Shown: positions 40,095-49,155, numbered from the stretch's first letter. The stretch is DNA of 64,000 nucleotides from an uncultured Alphaproteobacteria bacterium (GCA_944391585.1 CALXUD010000001.1:6385-70384), one strand, 5' to 3'. Notes: generated by a model from the letters alone, not told the origin. Made by a program: numbers and translations.

Positions 40095-40748
40095 ATGAAA
40101 CAACACTTAATTTTAACACTTATGTTGGTTTTTCCTGTGTCAGTTCAGGCGACAATGAACATCGGTGAAATTTCAACATCAATTGAATCGAATGCAGAGC
40201 AGTTGGTTGAAAAATCTCAAGAAAAACTAGCAGATCAAGCGGTTAATGTTTCATCGGATATTTCAGGCTCCCTTGTTTCTTCTGTCCGTTCAGCCGTTCA
40301 AATCCCGACACTTTCCAGTGTTGTAGATTCTGAAGAAGCGGTGGCATTGGTACCTTCTCCATTAGCATCAGAATTAGCAAAAGAAAATCCGTCTGTCGCT
40401 GACATTCAAACGTGGGTAAACAAACAAACATTACAAGATGAAACAACACCGGAAACATTGGCTGCAACGGTTGAGAATCAAAAAAATCAACTGTTTGTTT
40501 CAGCTTCCAAAGCATATGCGGTGGCGGTTGATAACCAAGTTAAATCCATTCAAGGACAGCAAGATGCGCGAGATGCAGAAAAAAAAGTGTCGGATGAAGA
40601 TGATTTTATCAGCATGAATAAACAAATGGCTTCAATGACAGCTCAAATGTCTCAGAAGTTAAATGCCATTGGTGGTTTATATGCACAGATGATTGAATTA
40701 AATTCAACCAGCGCATTGATTGGCAAAAATACAGAGGTGCAGGAATGA
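40095..40748 (+). CDS. Secreted protein (217 aa), T4SS-operon associated
   Basis: GGAGG RBS then ATG at 40095. Signal peptide MKQHLILTLMLVFPVSVQA. The track ORF 39960..40748 is a longer TTG-type extension. Confidence 0.55.
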   Translation: MKQHLILTLMLVFPVSVQATMNIGEISTSIESNAEQLVEKSQEKLADQAVNVSSDISGSLVSSVRSAVQIPTLSSVVDSEEAVALVPSPLASELAKENPSVADIQTWVNKQTLQDETTPETLAATVENQKNQLFVSASKAYAVAVDNQVKSIQGQQDARDAEKKVSDEDDFISMNKQMASMTAQMSQKLNAIGGLYAQMIELNSTSALIGKNTEVQE

Positions 40749-42763
40749 AACGGATTTTAAAATTAACGGCAGCTTTTTTTGTTTTGTCAATAGCTTTTCA
40801 AGCACAGGCTGTTTTGACCTTTGAAGCAAGCAAAACAACCTCTTTAACGACGCAAGCTAAAAATGTGGGTGATAAAGTGTCCAGTTATGTATATGAAACG
40901 GCGACCAGCGGATTGCAAGAAGGATCTTTATTGCTGGATAATACCATAAAATCCATTACGGATATTCCGGGTGATATTGTGGAACGGGCAACAGCAATTC
41001 CGGGGCAAGTTACAAAACAATTGACAAATATTCCGAATCAGGTTGCCAGTACACTGAATTCATCAATTAATCGCGTGACCAATATGCCTGGGCAAATGGT
41101 TAATCAGGCAACCGGCAGTGTTTCTTCTATGGCAAATCAAGTAACCAATATGCCGGGGAATACCGTTAATCAGATAACAAGCAGTGTAAATAGTTCGGTT
41201 AATCAGGTAACGAGTGCGCCGGGGAATTTTATGTCGCAAACAAATAGTATGATCAGCAGCACGGCAAATCAAACAATGAATATGCCGGGGAATGTTATTA
41301 ATCAAAGTGTTAGTAGCGTAAACAGTTCTTTAACTCAACTGGGAAATGCCCCGGGAAATGCCGTGAATCAAGCGGTTAGTGGTGTGAATAATGCATTTAG
41401 TTCTGCTACGAATTTACCGGGTAGTTTGACCAATTCTTTGAATTCAGGGATTTCCGGTTCGTTGTCTGAAATCAATAGTATGCCGACAACGGCGGTTAAT
41501 AAGTTGATGGATGGAAACATTTCAACAATGAATCCGTTGGAAAATATAGAATCCAGATTAACCTCATCGGGATTAAATATGAAAAATCAGGTAACCAGTT
41601 TGCCGGATCGGATGACATCCAGTTTAAATAATGCGGTTAGCGGTTTTACAAATTTGCCGGATAATTTACAATCCTCTGGCGATCGTCTTATTTCAAATAT
41701 TACGAGCACTCCGGATAACTTTGCGCGTCAAGGAGAAAATATCTTAAATAATATTACGAATACGCCGGATCGGATTACCTCTTCGGGTGAAAGTATGTTG
41801 AACAACATTACAAGTTCTCCGGATCGCTTGGCTTCTCAAGGGGAGAGTATTTTAAATAATGTAACCAGTACGCCGGATCGCTTATTAAGTCAGGGGCAAG
41901 GCACGATTACGAGTTTGCAAAATATGCCGGGCCAAACATTTTCTCAAATTACGGGAATGCCGGATTCTATTATGAATCAGACTGTGGGATCACTTGAAAA
42001 TACATTCAGTATGAATAATTTAATGGGTGGCTCCTTTTCCAATGCTTTTGGCGGATTAAATATGAACAATGTAGACAGTTATCCGACTCAGGCTTTTTCT
42101 TATATCCAAAATAATGCTACATCCAAAGCAAATTCATTGGCATCCAACAGTTTATCAAAATTTAAAAATTTGGGGAAAGAACAAGCTACAGCGGCGGCAG
42201 GAGCGGCAATCGGGGCTGTATGGAACAAAACAGCGGATTTAATAAATGGCTCAGATTCTGAGCCCGCTCAAAGTGCATCGCAAGGGAAAACGGAAACGGG
42301 TTCAGTTGTTGCACAGACATCCCAAGAGGCTGAACAAGCAGTTGCACAGGCACAAGCTGTTGCGGCAGAACAAGAAAAGTTAAACAAACTGAAAGAAGAG
42401 GTGCGACAAAATTTCTTTTTTGACGGGGAACCGACAACAGAAGAAAGAGAAGCGTTGTTAGCTACTCGGTCAGATAATTTTTCGGATATTGTGGCTAAAT
42501 CGGCTACAATGGCAGAAGGTATGCGGGAAAGTATTGTATCGGATGCGGCAACAACAACGGCAACTCCTATCAGTGGCGCCAGCGTTAAAGAAGATATCAA
42601 TATGAATACTGAAATTATGAAAAAATTAGCGCGTCAGTTGGTGGCTGAAATAGCCGTTCAAAATCAACTGTTTGAATTGGAAGTCGCCGGTGTCATGCAA
42701 TCATTGGATGTAAAACGGCTAGAAATGCCAACTTTACAGACGGAAATAGAAACGGGGGCTTAA
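40745..42763 (+). CDS. Secreted Ser/Asn/Thr-rich tandem-repeat protein (672 aa)
   Basis: Signal peptide (LSIAFQAQA). About seven 22-aa repeats 'TNMPGxxVNQxxSSVNSxxNQV' then about seven 18-aa repeats 'TSTPDRLxSQGESILNNI'. C-terminal coiled coil. Confidence 0.65.
   Translation: MKRILKLTAAFFVLSIAFQAQAVLTFEASKTTSLTTQAKNVGDKVSSYVYETATSGLQEGSLLLDNTIKSITDIPGDIVERATAIPGQVTKQLTNIPNQVASTLNSSINRVTNMPGQMVNQATGSVSSMANQVTNMPGNTVNQITSSVNSSVNQVTSAPGNFMSQTNSMISSTANQTMNMPGNVINQSVSSVNSSLTQLGNAPGNAVNQAVSGVNNAFSSATNLPGSLTNSLNSGISGSLSEINSMPTTAVNKLMDGNISTMNPLENIESRLTSSGLNMKNQVTSLPDRMTSSLNNAVSGFTNLPDNLQSSGDRLISNITSTPDNFARQGENILNNITNTPDRITSSGESMLNNITSSPDRLASQGESILNNVTSTPDRLLSQGQGTITSLQNMPGQTFSQITGMPDSIMNQTVGSLENTFSMNNLMGGSFSNAFGGLNMNNVDSYPTQAFSYIQNNATSKANSLASNSLSKFKNLGKEQATAAAGAAIGAVWNKTADLINGSDSEPAQSASQGKTETGSVVAQTSQEAEQAVAQAQAVAAEQEKLNKLKEEVRQNFFFDGEPTTEEREALLATRSDNFSDIVAKSATMAEGMRESIVSDAATTTATPISGASVKEDINMNTEIMKKLARQLVAEIAVQNQLFELEVAGVMQSLDVKRLEMPTLQTEIETGA
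40955..41995 (+). repeat. In-frame tandem coding repeats (periods 66 and 54 nt) inside the 672-aa secreted protein
   Basis: Recurring aatatgccggg.../acgccggatcg... units directly visible in the DNA. Confidence 0.6.
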
Positions 42764-43573
42764 ATGAAAAAGATATTTTTCAAAATAGTCATGGTGGTTG
42801 GATTGTTAGGCTTTTCTTGGAAAGCGGATGCATGTTTATGCGGCCCCAATACGTGTCCGGCTTGTTGGGATCAAATTATTGAAGGCTTTCCGGTTGAAGA
42901 TCCGACTTCATTAGCTCAGCAGGGGGCAAAGTTGGGAAATGATGTGTCTTCGGCTGTTGCATCCGAAGTGCAAGTGCAGGTAAAACAAAAAATCAATAAT
43001 GCAAAATCTTCTGTGGGAACTGATTTATCTTCTTATATGGTGCCGGACACCTCTTTAAATCAAGCATTCAATACGGGAGAAACATTTACGGCAAATTTAT
43101 CCAGTGATTTGTTGCCTCAATCTGCTTCTTTAACACCGGAAAAAGATGAAAATGCACAAATTGCAACGGCTAAAGGTGAGAACAGTATTGATGAGATTAT
43201 GATTCAGGTTGAAAAAAGTCAATTAAGCTCAAATGCGACATTAGCCGGAGAAATTTATGAAACCAATAAGCGGGCTTATATGCGTCAGGAAAATGTTGTG
43301 GATGCATATGCGAAGGTGTTGTTAATGCGGCAGAATTTGGATGAATTGGTGGAACAAATGGATAAAGAGATAGATAAAACGGCTCAACCGGGAGAAGATG
43401 TAAATGCCGCTTTGCGTTCCAATATGGCGGTTAATAGCATGGTTAGTCAGTTGCTTAGCTTATATCAACAAATCATAGCGGCACGGTTGCAATTTGCAGC
43501 ATTCCAAAAACTGGAGCAAGTAGGGACAATTCAACGTCCGGTTATTCAGTCGGCTTTGGTAGAAAGTAAATGA
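42764..43573 (+). CDS. Secreted protein with Cys-rich N-terminal motif (269 aa)
   Basis: Signal peptide, then 'CLCGPNTCPACW' immediately after the cleavage region. Helical C-terminus. Confidence 0.55.
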   Translation: MKKIFFKIVMVVGLLGFSWKADACLCGPNTCPACWDQIIEGFPVEDPTSLAQQGAKLGNDVSSAVASEVQVQVKQKINNAKSSVGTDLSSYMVPDTSLNQAFNTGETFTANLSSDLLPQSASLTPEKDENAQIATAKGENSIDEIMIQVEKSQLSSNATLAGEIYETNKRAYMRQENVVDAYAKVLLMRQNLDELVEQMDKEIDKTAQPGEDVNAALRSNMAVNSMVSQLLSLYQQIIAARLQFAAFQKLEQVGTIQRPVIQSALVESK

Positions 43574-43584
43574 GAGGAGAAAAA

Positions 43585-45747
43585 ATGAAAACGTTATCCA
43601 TTTCATTGATTGCCTTTTTGGCCGGATGTTTATATTGTTCCGCGCCGGAAGCTCAAGTGAGTTATTCAAAAGTGGAATTTGAGGCACCGAATTTGGTTCA
43701 AGTTGCTGAGCAAACGCGCTCAAATGTGACGGTGATGTGGGCAATGCGGGTTCATAATTTGATTTTTCAACTAAAAGAGTATCAGAAAGCGCGTGAACAA
43801 TTACTGGATGCGCAAGAACGATATGAGCTACAGCAACTACGTTATAAATCTATGATGTTATGTAATGTTAACAATTTAAAGCCGTATTTTAAAGATCCTC
43901 AAAGTGCTTGGTTAAAGGTGTTGGATAAATATGATCGGGATGAAAAAAAATTAGGAATTCAAATTAATACAACAGATGCATCATTAAGTGCTTCGGCTGA
44001 ATTGATTGCTAACACGCCGGGGTTAACTCCGTTATTGTCGTCCTCATCAGAGTCAGATGATTTATCTGAAACCTTTTTAATGTGGTCGTTAGGAAATGGG
44101 ATTTTACATGATGTTTATGCCAATCAGGATGATTGGGGAAATCGGGTGGATAAATCTTTCCCATTAACGGTGGATCAGCAATATATTTATGATGAGCAAG
44201 ATTGGTATGGCAAATATAAAAAAATCAATCAGGCAGCTTGTTGTTTAAATGATTGCGGTATTGGCTATAAGGGAGCACCGGATACCCGTGAAAAATTGTC
44301 TGATGGCACAACATATGATTATCATGGTGATTATAAATACCATGAAAACGGAAAAGTAAAAACAGCGCATGATACTTATATGGCCGCGATTAGAGCGGTT
44401 CATCGCAGAGGGTGTTCCAAACGTTTAACAACAGAAATGTTTACCGAGCCTAAACAGCCGCCACGCCCGTTACCGCCGGTTAATGAAACAATAGTGTTTG
44501 ATGCAGACTCTTATTCTCTTCAACGTCCCCCATTTTCAGAACAGCGCATTTATGAAGGTAATCAAATGAATTTAACGCAGAGTGCTTGGCCGGCTCCGTG
44601 GAAAACATTTATTGAATCAGATTTTAAAACCTATAATGCCAATGGGGCAATGCCCAGATATTTTAAATATAAATCAATTGTTCCGATTGATTTAGAAAGT
44701 CGGACGGCAGAACAATTACAGGCATTTTATGATGCTCAAAACAATCGCTTAAATGCATACCAGGTGTTGAAGAAAGAATTGGATGATGCTAAAAAGATTT
44801 TGGATACTTCCAAAGTTAATTACATTGAAGCAATGCAAAATTTAAGTGCCAGCGTTGCAGATGTGAATGCAGCTATTTCTGATGCGAATCAAAGCAGTTC
44901 TCAATTTCAAGTGTCTGTTTTGACATTGCCGGAAAATTTCAAATTGTTAGAGCAATTTGATTTAGATAATATCAGTACAGATTCGGATTTAGAAAAAACA
45001 CTGGATAAAATTTTGGTTCAAAATAAAAAAGTTTATTATCAAGAAACGCCGGAGAGTGATTTAAAAAGATGGCCGGATATGTTTAATGTTTTGCTAAATA
45101 GTACGCCTGCCGGTAATTTGGTTATTGAGCCTGATAGTGAGGGAATTGGGCGTGTTTATTTAAAACAAACACAAACAATGCCGCTACAAGATTTTGATTT
45201 ATTGACAGATGCCCAAGTCAGCAAAATCACGGATAATTTTAAACAAGTGAAAAAAGATTTCATCGCAAAAGCGTTGGGTGAATTGGCCGCAGAATTACGT
45301 CAGGAACAGGCAGCCTCTTCAGAAGTGCAAGCTATTAAACAAGCGGGAGATGCTGAATTAGCCGAAACAACAGATGTAAAATCTCAAAAAAGCCTCTTCC
45401 AACAAAGGTTGGAACAAATGGTTGCTAATTTGAATGGGATAAATACGGACAGTTTTGTTAATTCCGGTTTTACAAATCGGGAAGTATCGGATAGTTCGAT
45501 GTGGCCGGATGTGATGACGGATTCATCTAAAGAAAATTTGGCAACAGTTTTAGAAGCATTGCAAGCAGATGAAAACGCCGAATTGTTCTTCACGAACACA
45601 AATGCACGGCGTGCCAGTGATTTGAAAAAAGAAAATGCGGCTGTTCAAGCGTTAATTGATGAATGGGAATCTGAAATGAAATCAGTCACGGTTGAAGGAA
45701 CGGCTGCCATTGATGCTAATTGTTTAAATTTGGGGATTTATAAATGA
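43585..45747 (+). CDS. Large lipoprotein (~720 aa), T4SS-operon associated
   Basis: GAGGAG RBS. Lipobox MKTLSISLIAFLAGC. No NTP-binding motif. Coiled-coil segments. Its stop overlaps the virB8-like start. Confidence 0.6.
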   Translation: MKTLSISLIAFLAGCLYCSAPEAQVSYSKVEFEAPNLVQVAEQTRSNVTVMWAMRVHNLIFQLKEYQKAREQLLDAQERYELQQLRYKSMMLCNVNNLKPYFKDPQSAWLKVLDKYDRDEKKLGIQINTTDASLSASAELIANTPGLTPLLSSSSESDDLSETFLMWSLGNGILHDVYANQDDWGNRVDKSFPLTVDQQYIYDEQDWYGKYKKINQAACCLNDCGIGYKGAPDTREKLSDGTTYDYHGDYKYHENGKVKTAHDTYMAAIRAVHRRGCSKRLTTEMFTEPKQPPRPLPPVNETIVFDADSYSLQRPPFSEQRIYEGNQMNLTQSAWPAPWKTFIESDFKTYNANGAMPRYFKYKSIVPIDLESRTAEQLQAFYDAQNNRLNAYQVLKKELDDAKKILDTSKVNYIEAMQNLSASVADVNAAISDANQSSSQFQVSVLTLPENFKLLEQFDLDNISTDSDLEKTLDKILVQNKKVYYQETPESDLKRWPDMFNVLLNSTPAGNLVIEPDSEGIGRVYLKQTQTMPLQDFDLLTDAQVSKITDNFKQVKKDFIAKALGELAAELRQEQAASSEVQAIKQAGDAELAETTDVKSQKSLFQQRLEQMVANLNGINTDSFVNSGFTNREVSDSSMWPDVMTDSSKENLATVLEALQADENAELFFTNTNARRASDLKKENAAVQALIDEWESEMKSVTVEGTAAIDANCLNLGIYK

Positions 45748-46400
45748 AATTAAAAAGAACCATTTCGGATTTGCATCAACGTTCTGTGGCAAAAGGGGGA
45801 GCTTTTGTTGCCAAACTATGGATGGGGCTTGCGCTTTTGTCTATGATGTTAAACTTTTTCATTGTTTTAACATTATGGCAAATTTCGCCGAAATTAGAAA
45901 TCATTTCACAAATTGTTTTTCAAGACGCGTTGACTTCTCGTCAAGGTGTGATTGCTGAACCATTTGATGCCAATATGATGGATAAAGATAAAATCAACGA
46001 AATGCTCATTCGGTATTATTTATCTAATCGCTACAGTGTTTTCCCTGATTATGATGAAATGGCGCATCGATGGGGCCCTAACGGAATTTTAGATCGTTTA
46101 TCGACAGATAACGTGCATTATGCTTTTGCACAAGATGCTTATGGACAATTAGAAGAAATCGATAAAAATCCGCAAACCAGCAGTGTCAGTATTCGCAAGA
46201 TGTCACGGCTGGATAATACATGGACAATCGAACTGGAAGTTTTTACGTTTGATCAGCGGACAGGACAGGTATCCAGTCGCGTTTATGATGTTGTTTTGGA
46301 AACAGCCGTTGATCCGGCTTATGCCTTTTTTAACATTGATTTCATTAATCCGTATGGATTACAGATTGTTGATTTCAGACAAACGCAAAAAAAACAATAA
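45744..46400 (+). CDS. VirB8/DotI-like T4SS inner-membrane protein, paralogue 1
   Basis: Cytoplasmic N-terminus, single TM (LWMGLALLSMMLNFFIVLTLW). Periplasmic domain with 'MLIRYYLSNRYSV' (VirB8 'RYV..RE.Y'-like) and C-terminal 'NPYGLQIVDFR' (VirB8 NPxG motif). Confidence 0.65.
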   Translation: MKLKRTISDLHQRSVAKGGAFVAKLWMGLALLSMMLNFFIVLTLWQISPKLEIISQIVFQDALTSRQGVIAEPFDANMMDKDKINEMLIRYYLSNRYSVFPDYDEMAHRWGPNGILDRLSTDNVHYAFAQDAYGQLEEIDKNPQTSSVSIRKMSRLDNTWTIELEVFTFDQRTGQVSSRVYDVVLETAVDPAYAFFNIDFINPYGLQIVDFRQTQKKQ

Positions 46401-46480
46401 AATCATCATTTTTGTGTTGGATAATTTTTTTTTATGTGCTAGATTAACCCTAGGTTTACTAACTTAAGAAAGGGTGTTGC

Positions 46481-46657
46481 ATGAAAAAATATCTATTTTT
46501 ATTAGGAATTGCCGGCATTTTTGCATTGGTTGCTTGCGGATCCGTTTATGAAAAAGAAACGGTGGGGATTGGTCCGGATTATTCCGAATTGAAAAAATCA
46601 CCGTGTGCTTGTGTGAAATTGGATAATGTACCGGAATTACCCGAATGGTTTTCCTAA
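46481..46657 (+). CDS. Small VirB7-like lipoprotein (58 aa); not in the supplied ORF track
   Basis: AGAAAGGG RBS. MKKYLFLLGIAGIFALVAC has a lipobox (LVAC). ~40-aa mature peptide. It sits between the two virB8-like genes, as rvhB7 does in Rickettsiales. Confidence 0.5.
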   Translation: MKKYLFLLGIAGIFALVACGSVYEKETVGIGPDYSELKKSPCACVKLDNVPELPEWFS

Positions 46658-46674
46658 TTCAGGTGAGCTAATCA

Positions 46675-47361
46675 ATGGTTCAAGAACGCATCGAACACTC
46701 ATCATCTGATTTATCGGAAGAGGCATTAAAAGAACGTCGCTATTTTTGGATGGCGCGCGCTTTTGCTGTTGTGTGTGTGGTGTCGTTTATTACGAACATT
46801 ATTTTAATTGTCGGTCTATTTTCGTTGGTTCCAATTGTGCGCGTGCAGCCATTTTATTTGAATTTACAGGATAAAAATGAACAAGTTATTTCCATTCGTC
46901 GGTCAGATAATTTAAATTTGGATACGGCGTTATTAACTGAGTCATTAATTCGTCAGTATCTGTTGGCGCGCTTAACGATTGGTTCGGATCCCAAAGAGTT
47001 GGAAACAAGATGGGGACTGGATGGTGCTGTGAATTGGACAAGTGAATCTTCCGTTTTCGGGATGTTTGCTGAAACGGCTCAAGCATTGATTGCGCAGGCT
47101 AAAAACGAAGGATTAACACGACGCGTGGACATTTTATCTGTTGTCAAATTACGGGAGGTAGATGCGTCTCGAGATGTGTGGCAGGCGGAATTGAATCTCG
47201 TGGATATGAAACGCGGTTCAACCGAACCATTAACAACGCGTTGGCGTATTGTGATGGAGGTTGAATATCGTCCTAATCGTGAGGGGTTGAAGTGGTCGCA
47301 ACGATTAAAAAATCCGATAGGTTTTACGGTAACGCGGTTTGGTATGCAACAAATAGATTAA
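46675..47361 (+). CDS. VirB8/DotI-like T4SS inner-membrane protein, paralogue 2
   Basis: TM helix (VVCVVSFITNIILIVGLFSLV), 'LIRQYLLARLTIG', C-terminal 'NPIGFTVTRFG' NPxG motif. Confidence 0.65.
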   Translation: MVQERIEHSSSDLSEEALKERRYFWMARAFAVVCVVSFITNIILIVGLFSLVPIVRVQPFYLNLQDKNEQVISIRRSDNLNLDTALLTESLIRQYLLARLTIGSDPKELETRWGLDGAVNWTSESSVFGMFAETAQALIAQAKNEGLTRRVDILSVVKLREVDASRDVWQAELNLVDMKRGSTEPLTTRWRIVMEVEYRPNREGLKWSQRLKNPIGFTVTRFGMQQID

Positions 47362-47439
47362 AAAAGGAAATTTTTATAGACTTAAAGATAATTTTTTGTT
47401 TAAATGGAAAAAGGTTAATGAATCAAAGGAGATCTGACA

Positions 47440-49155
47440 ATGAGTCAAACAAAAATTAAAAAATATGGTTGGGTAAGTGCAATTGCTTTTTGTGCTTTAG
47501 TTGCAATGCCGGTGGTTGCACAACAAGATTTACCGACAAATACGGAAGCCGGTCAATTGGCGGATGCAATTGCTCAGACGGCCGGTGAATACGATGCAAT
47601 GAATTTGAGTTATATTCAGTCGTTTGGTATGCAGCAAAAAGCGTGGAACGATCCGTTGTCTCATTTAGGCGAAGGTCAAACAAAACCGGGGTATTCAAAA
47701 TATGTATGGTCTCCTGATGTTGTGTTGCCGGTGCGTTTGCGCGAAGGGATGATGACATTGATTAACCTGCCAACTTGGGAATTAATTGAAAAGGTTCATA
47801 TTGGATCTCCGGAATCTTTTGGTGGTGAAATTGCCGCGCCGAATTCCTTGTTGGTCTATGCTGATCCGAATTACATTGGTGTTGACTCAAATATGATTAT
47901 CTTTGGTCGCTCCGGTAATCGGTATGTGTTTTATTTACGTAGTGAAACGTATAATACCGATAAAATTACGCACTCTGTTGTTGATGTGTTAACGGGGCCA
48001 AAGTTTACCCCCCAATCGGCAGGAGGAAATTTGCCGGATTTTAATGGCGCCACAGCAACGGCCGCAGGGGCTGGGGCGGGGAATGCTTCCAGCGGCGCAC
48101 CCGGTTGGGCAGGGAAAGGTTCTTCTCTAACGCCGGGAGGTTCTCAAAATCCACAGGTTGGGTTGAATACGGCTTCGACAGGACCGAAAGATTGGCTACA
48201 ATCTATTCCGGTTGACCCGGAAAAATTCCGTTTTGATGTGGAGATGTATTTGCCAAATCCGGCCGACGTAGATATTGCGCCGGAACGGGTATGGCGTGAT
48301 GATATCTTTACTTATATTGATTTAGGGCCGAAAGCGTTGACAATGGTTCAGCGACCGATTGTAAACATGATTGTTCAAGAATCTGAAGTGCCGGTTGGGT
48401 TTAGAACACGGGGCGAATATTCTCGATTAATCGTGGTTGAAGGTGTGGGTGATATGGTGTTGCGTAATGGCCGCAAAATTGTTTGTTTGAAATTGCGGCG
48501 TGATCCGGCTATGGGGTTGGAAAATACGGATTACAGCGGCTCTGAAAAAGCGTTGAACAATTGGAATGCGCCGGCTTTACCGGATTATGAAACAAGTGGT
48601 AATTTATCCAAAGAAGGAAATATAAGCACTTCTCAAGCTAGCGCACAAGGAACGGATATGAATCAATTTAATGCGCAGGCACAAATTAATCAAGATTTAG
48701 CGGATTTAAATGCCCAATTAGGCTTGCAAAGTGGTCGTTTATATTCCAGCTCGGTTTATACACAAAAAATGGCCCCGTTACCGCCGATTCCGGCTTCAGT
48801 AAAACATGCTCCAACGGCATCGGCCGGGATTGTGGATGTGATTGAGCAAGTTTCGTCAAATTCTCGGCGTCAAATCCCGTCTGCTGTGACAGATGAAGAA
48901 ACAATTTCCATTGAATTGGCTTCTAATCCGGAAATTTCGGAATTGGAAAGCGTTTGGGAAAAGGTAATCGCTGATAATCAGGATGTGTTAGCGGGATATG
49001 AGCCGTATTACTCCATTGATGCAACGGCAGATGGGGATGTACGTGAATTATTCCGATTGCGCGTGGGGCCGATGACGGATGTGAAGTCCGCAGATGCTGT
49101 TTGTCAACGGTTAGGGCGGCGCGGATATTCTTGCTCGGTTATTCGGGTGCAATAA
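47440..49155 (+). CDS. VirB9/CagX/DotH-family T4SS outer-membrane core protein, extended to 571 aa with a Gly-rich insert and a C-terminal SPOR domain
   Basis: Signal peptide. N-terminal VirB9 domain ('YVWSPDVVLPVRLREGMMTLINLPTWELIEKVHIGSPESF...NSLLVYADPNYIGVDSNMIIFGRSGNRYVFYLRSE'). C-terminal VirB9 domain ('DDIFTYIDLGPK...RPIVNMIV...GEYSRLIVVEGVGDMVLRNGRKIVCLKLRR'). Terminal 'LFRLRVGPMTDVKSADAVCQRLGRRGYSCSVIRV' is SPOR-like. Confidence 0.75.
   Translation: MSQTKIKKYGWVSAIAFCALVAMPVVAQQDLPTNTEAGQLADAIAQTAGEYDAMNLSYIQSFGMQQKAWNDPLSHLGEGQTKPGYSKYVWSPDVVLPVRLREGMMTLINLPTWELIEKVHIGSPESFGGEIAAPNSLLVYADPNYIGVDSNMIIFGRSGNRYVFYLRSETYNTDKITHSVVDVLTGPKFTPQSAGGNLPDFNGATATAAGAGAGNASSGAPGWAGKGSSLTPGGSQNPQVGLNTASTGPKDWLQSIPVDPEKFRFDVEMYLPNPADVDIAPERVWRDDIFTYIDLGPKALTMVQRPIVNMIVQESEVPVGFRTRGEYSRLIVVEGVGDMVLRNGRKIVCLKLRRDPAMGLENTDYSGSEKALNNWNAPALPDYETSGNLSKEGNISTSQASAQGTDMNQFNAQAQINQDLADLNAQLGLQSGRLYSSSVYTQKMAPLPPIPASVKHAPTASAGIVDVIEQVSSNSRRQIPSAVTDEETISIELASNPEISELESVWEKVIADNQDVLAGYEPYYSIDATADGDVRELFRLRVGPMTDVKSADAVCQRLGRRGYSCSVIRVQ

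Noticed and set aside
38586-40748. Calling the first three small secreted proteins VirB5 or VirB2 homologues
   Set aside because: Only size, signal peptide and helical composition fit. No conserved motif could be aligned by eye, so it is kept as a hypothesis in findings rather than a feature call.
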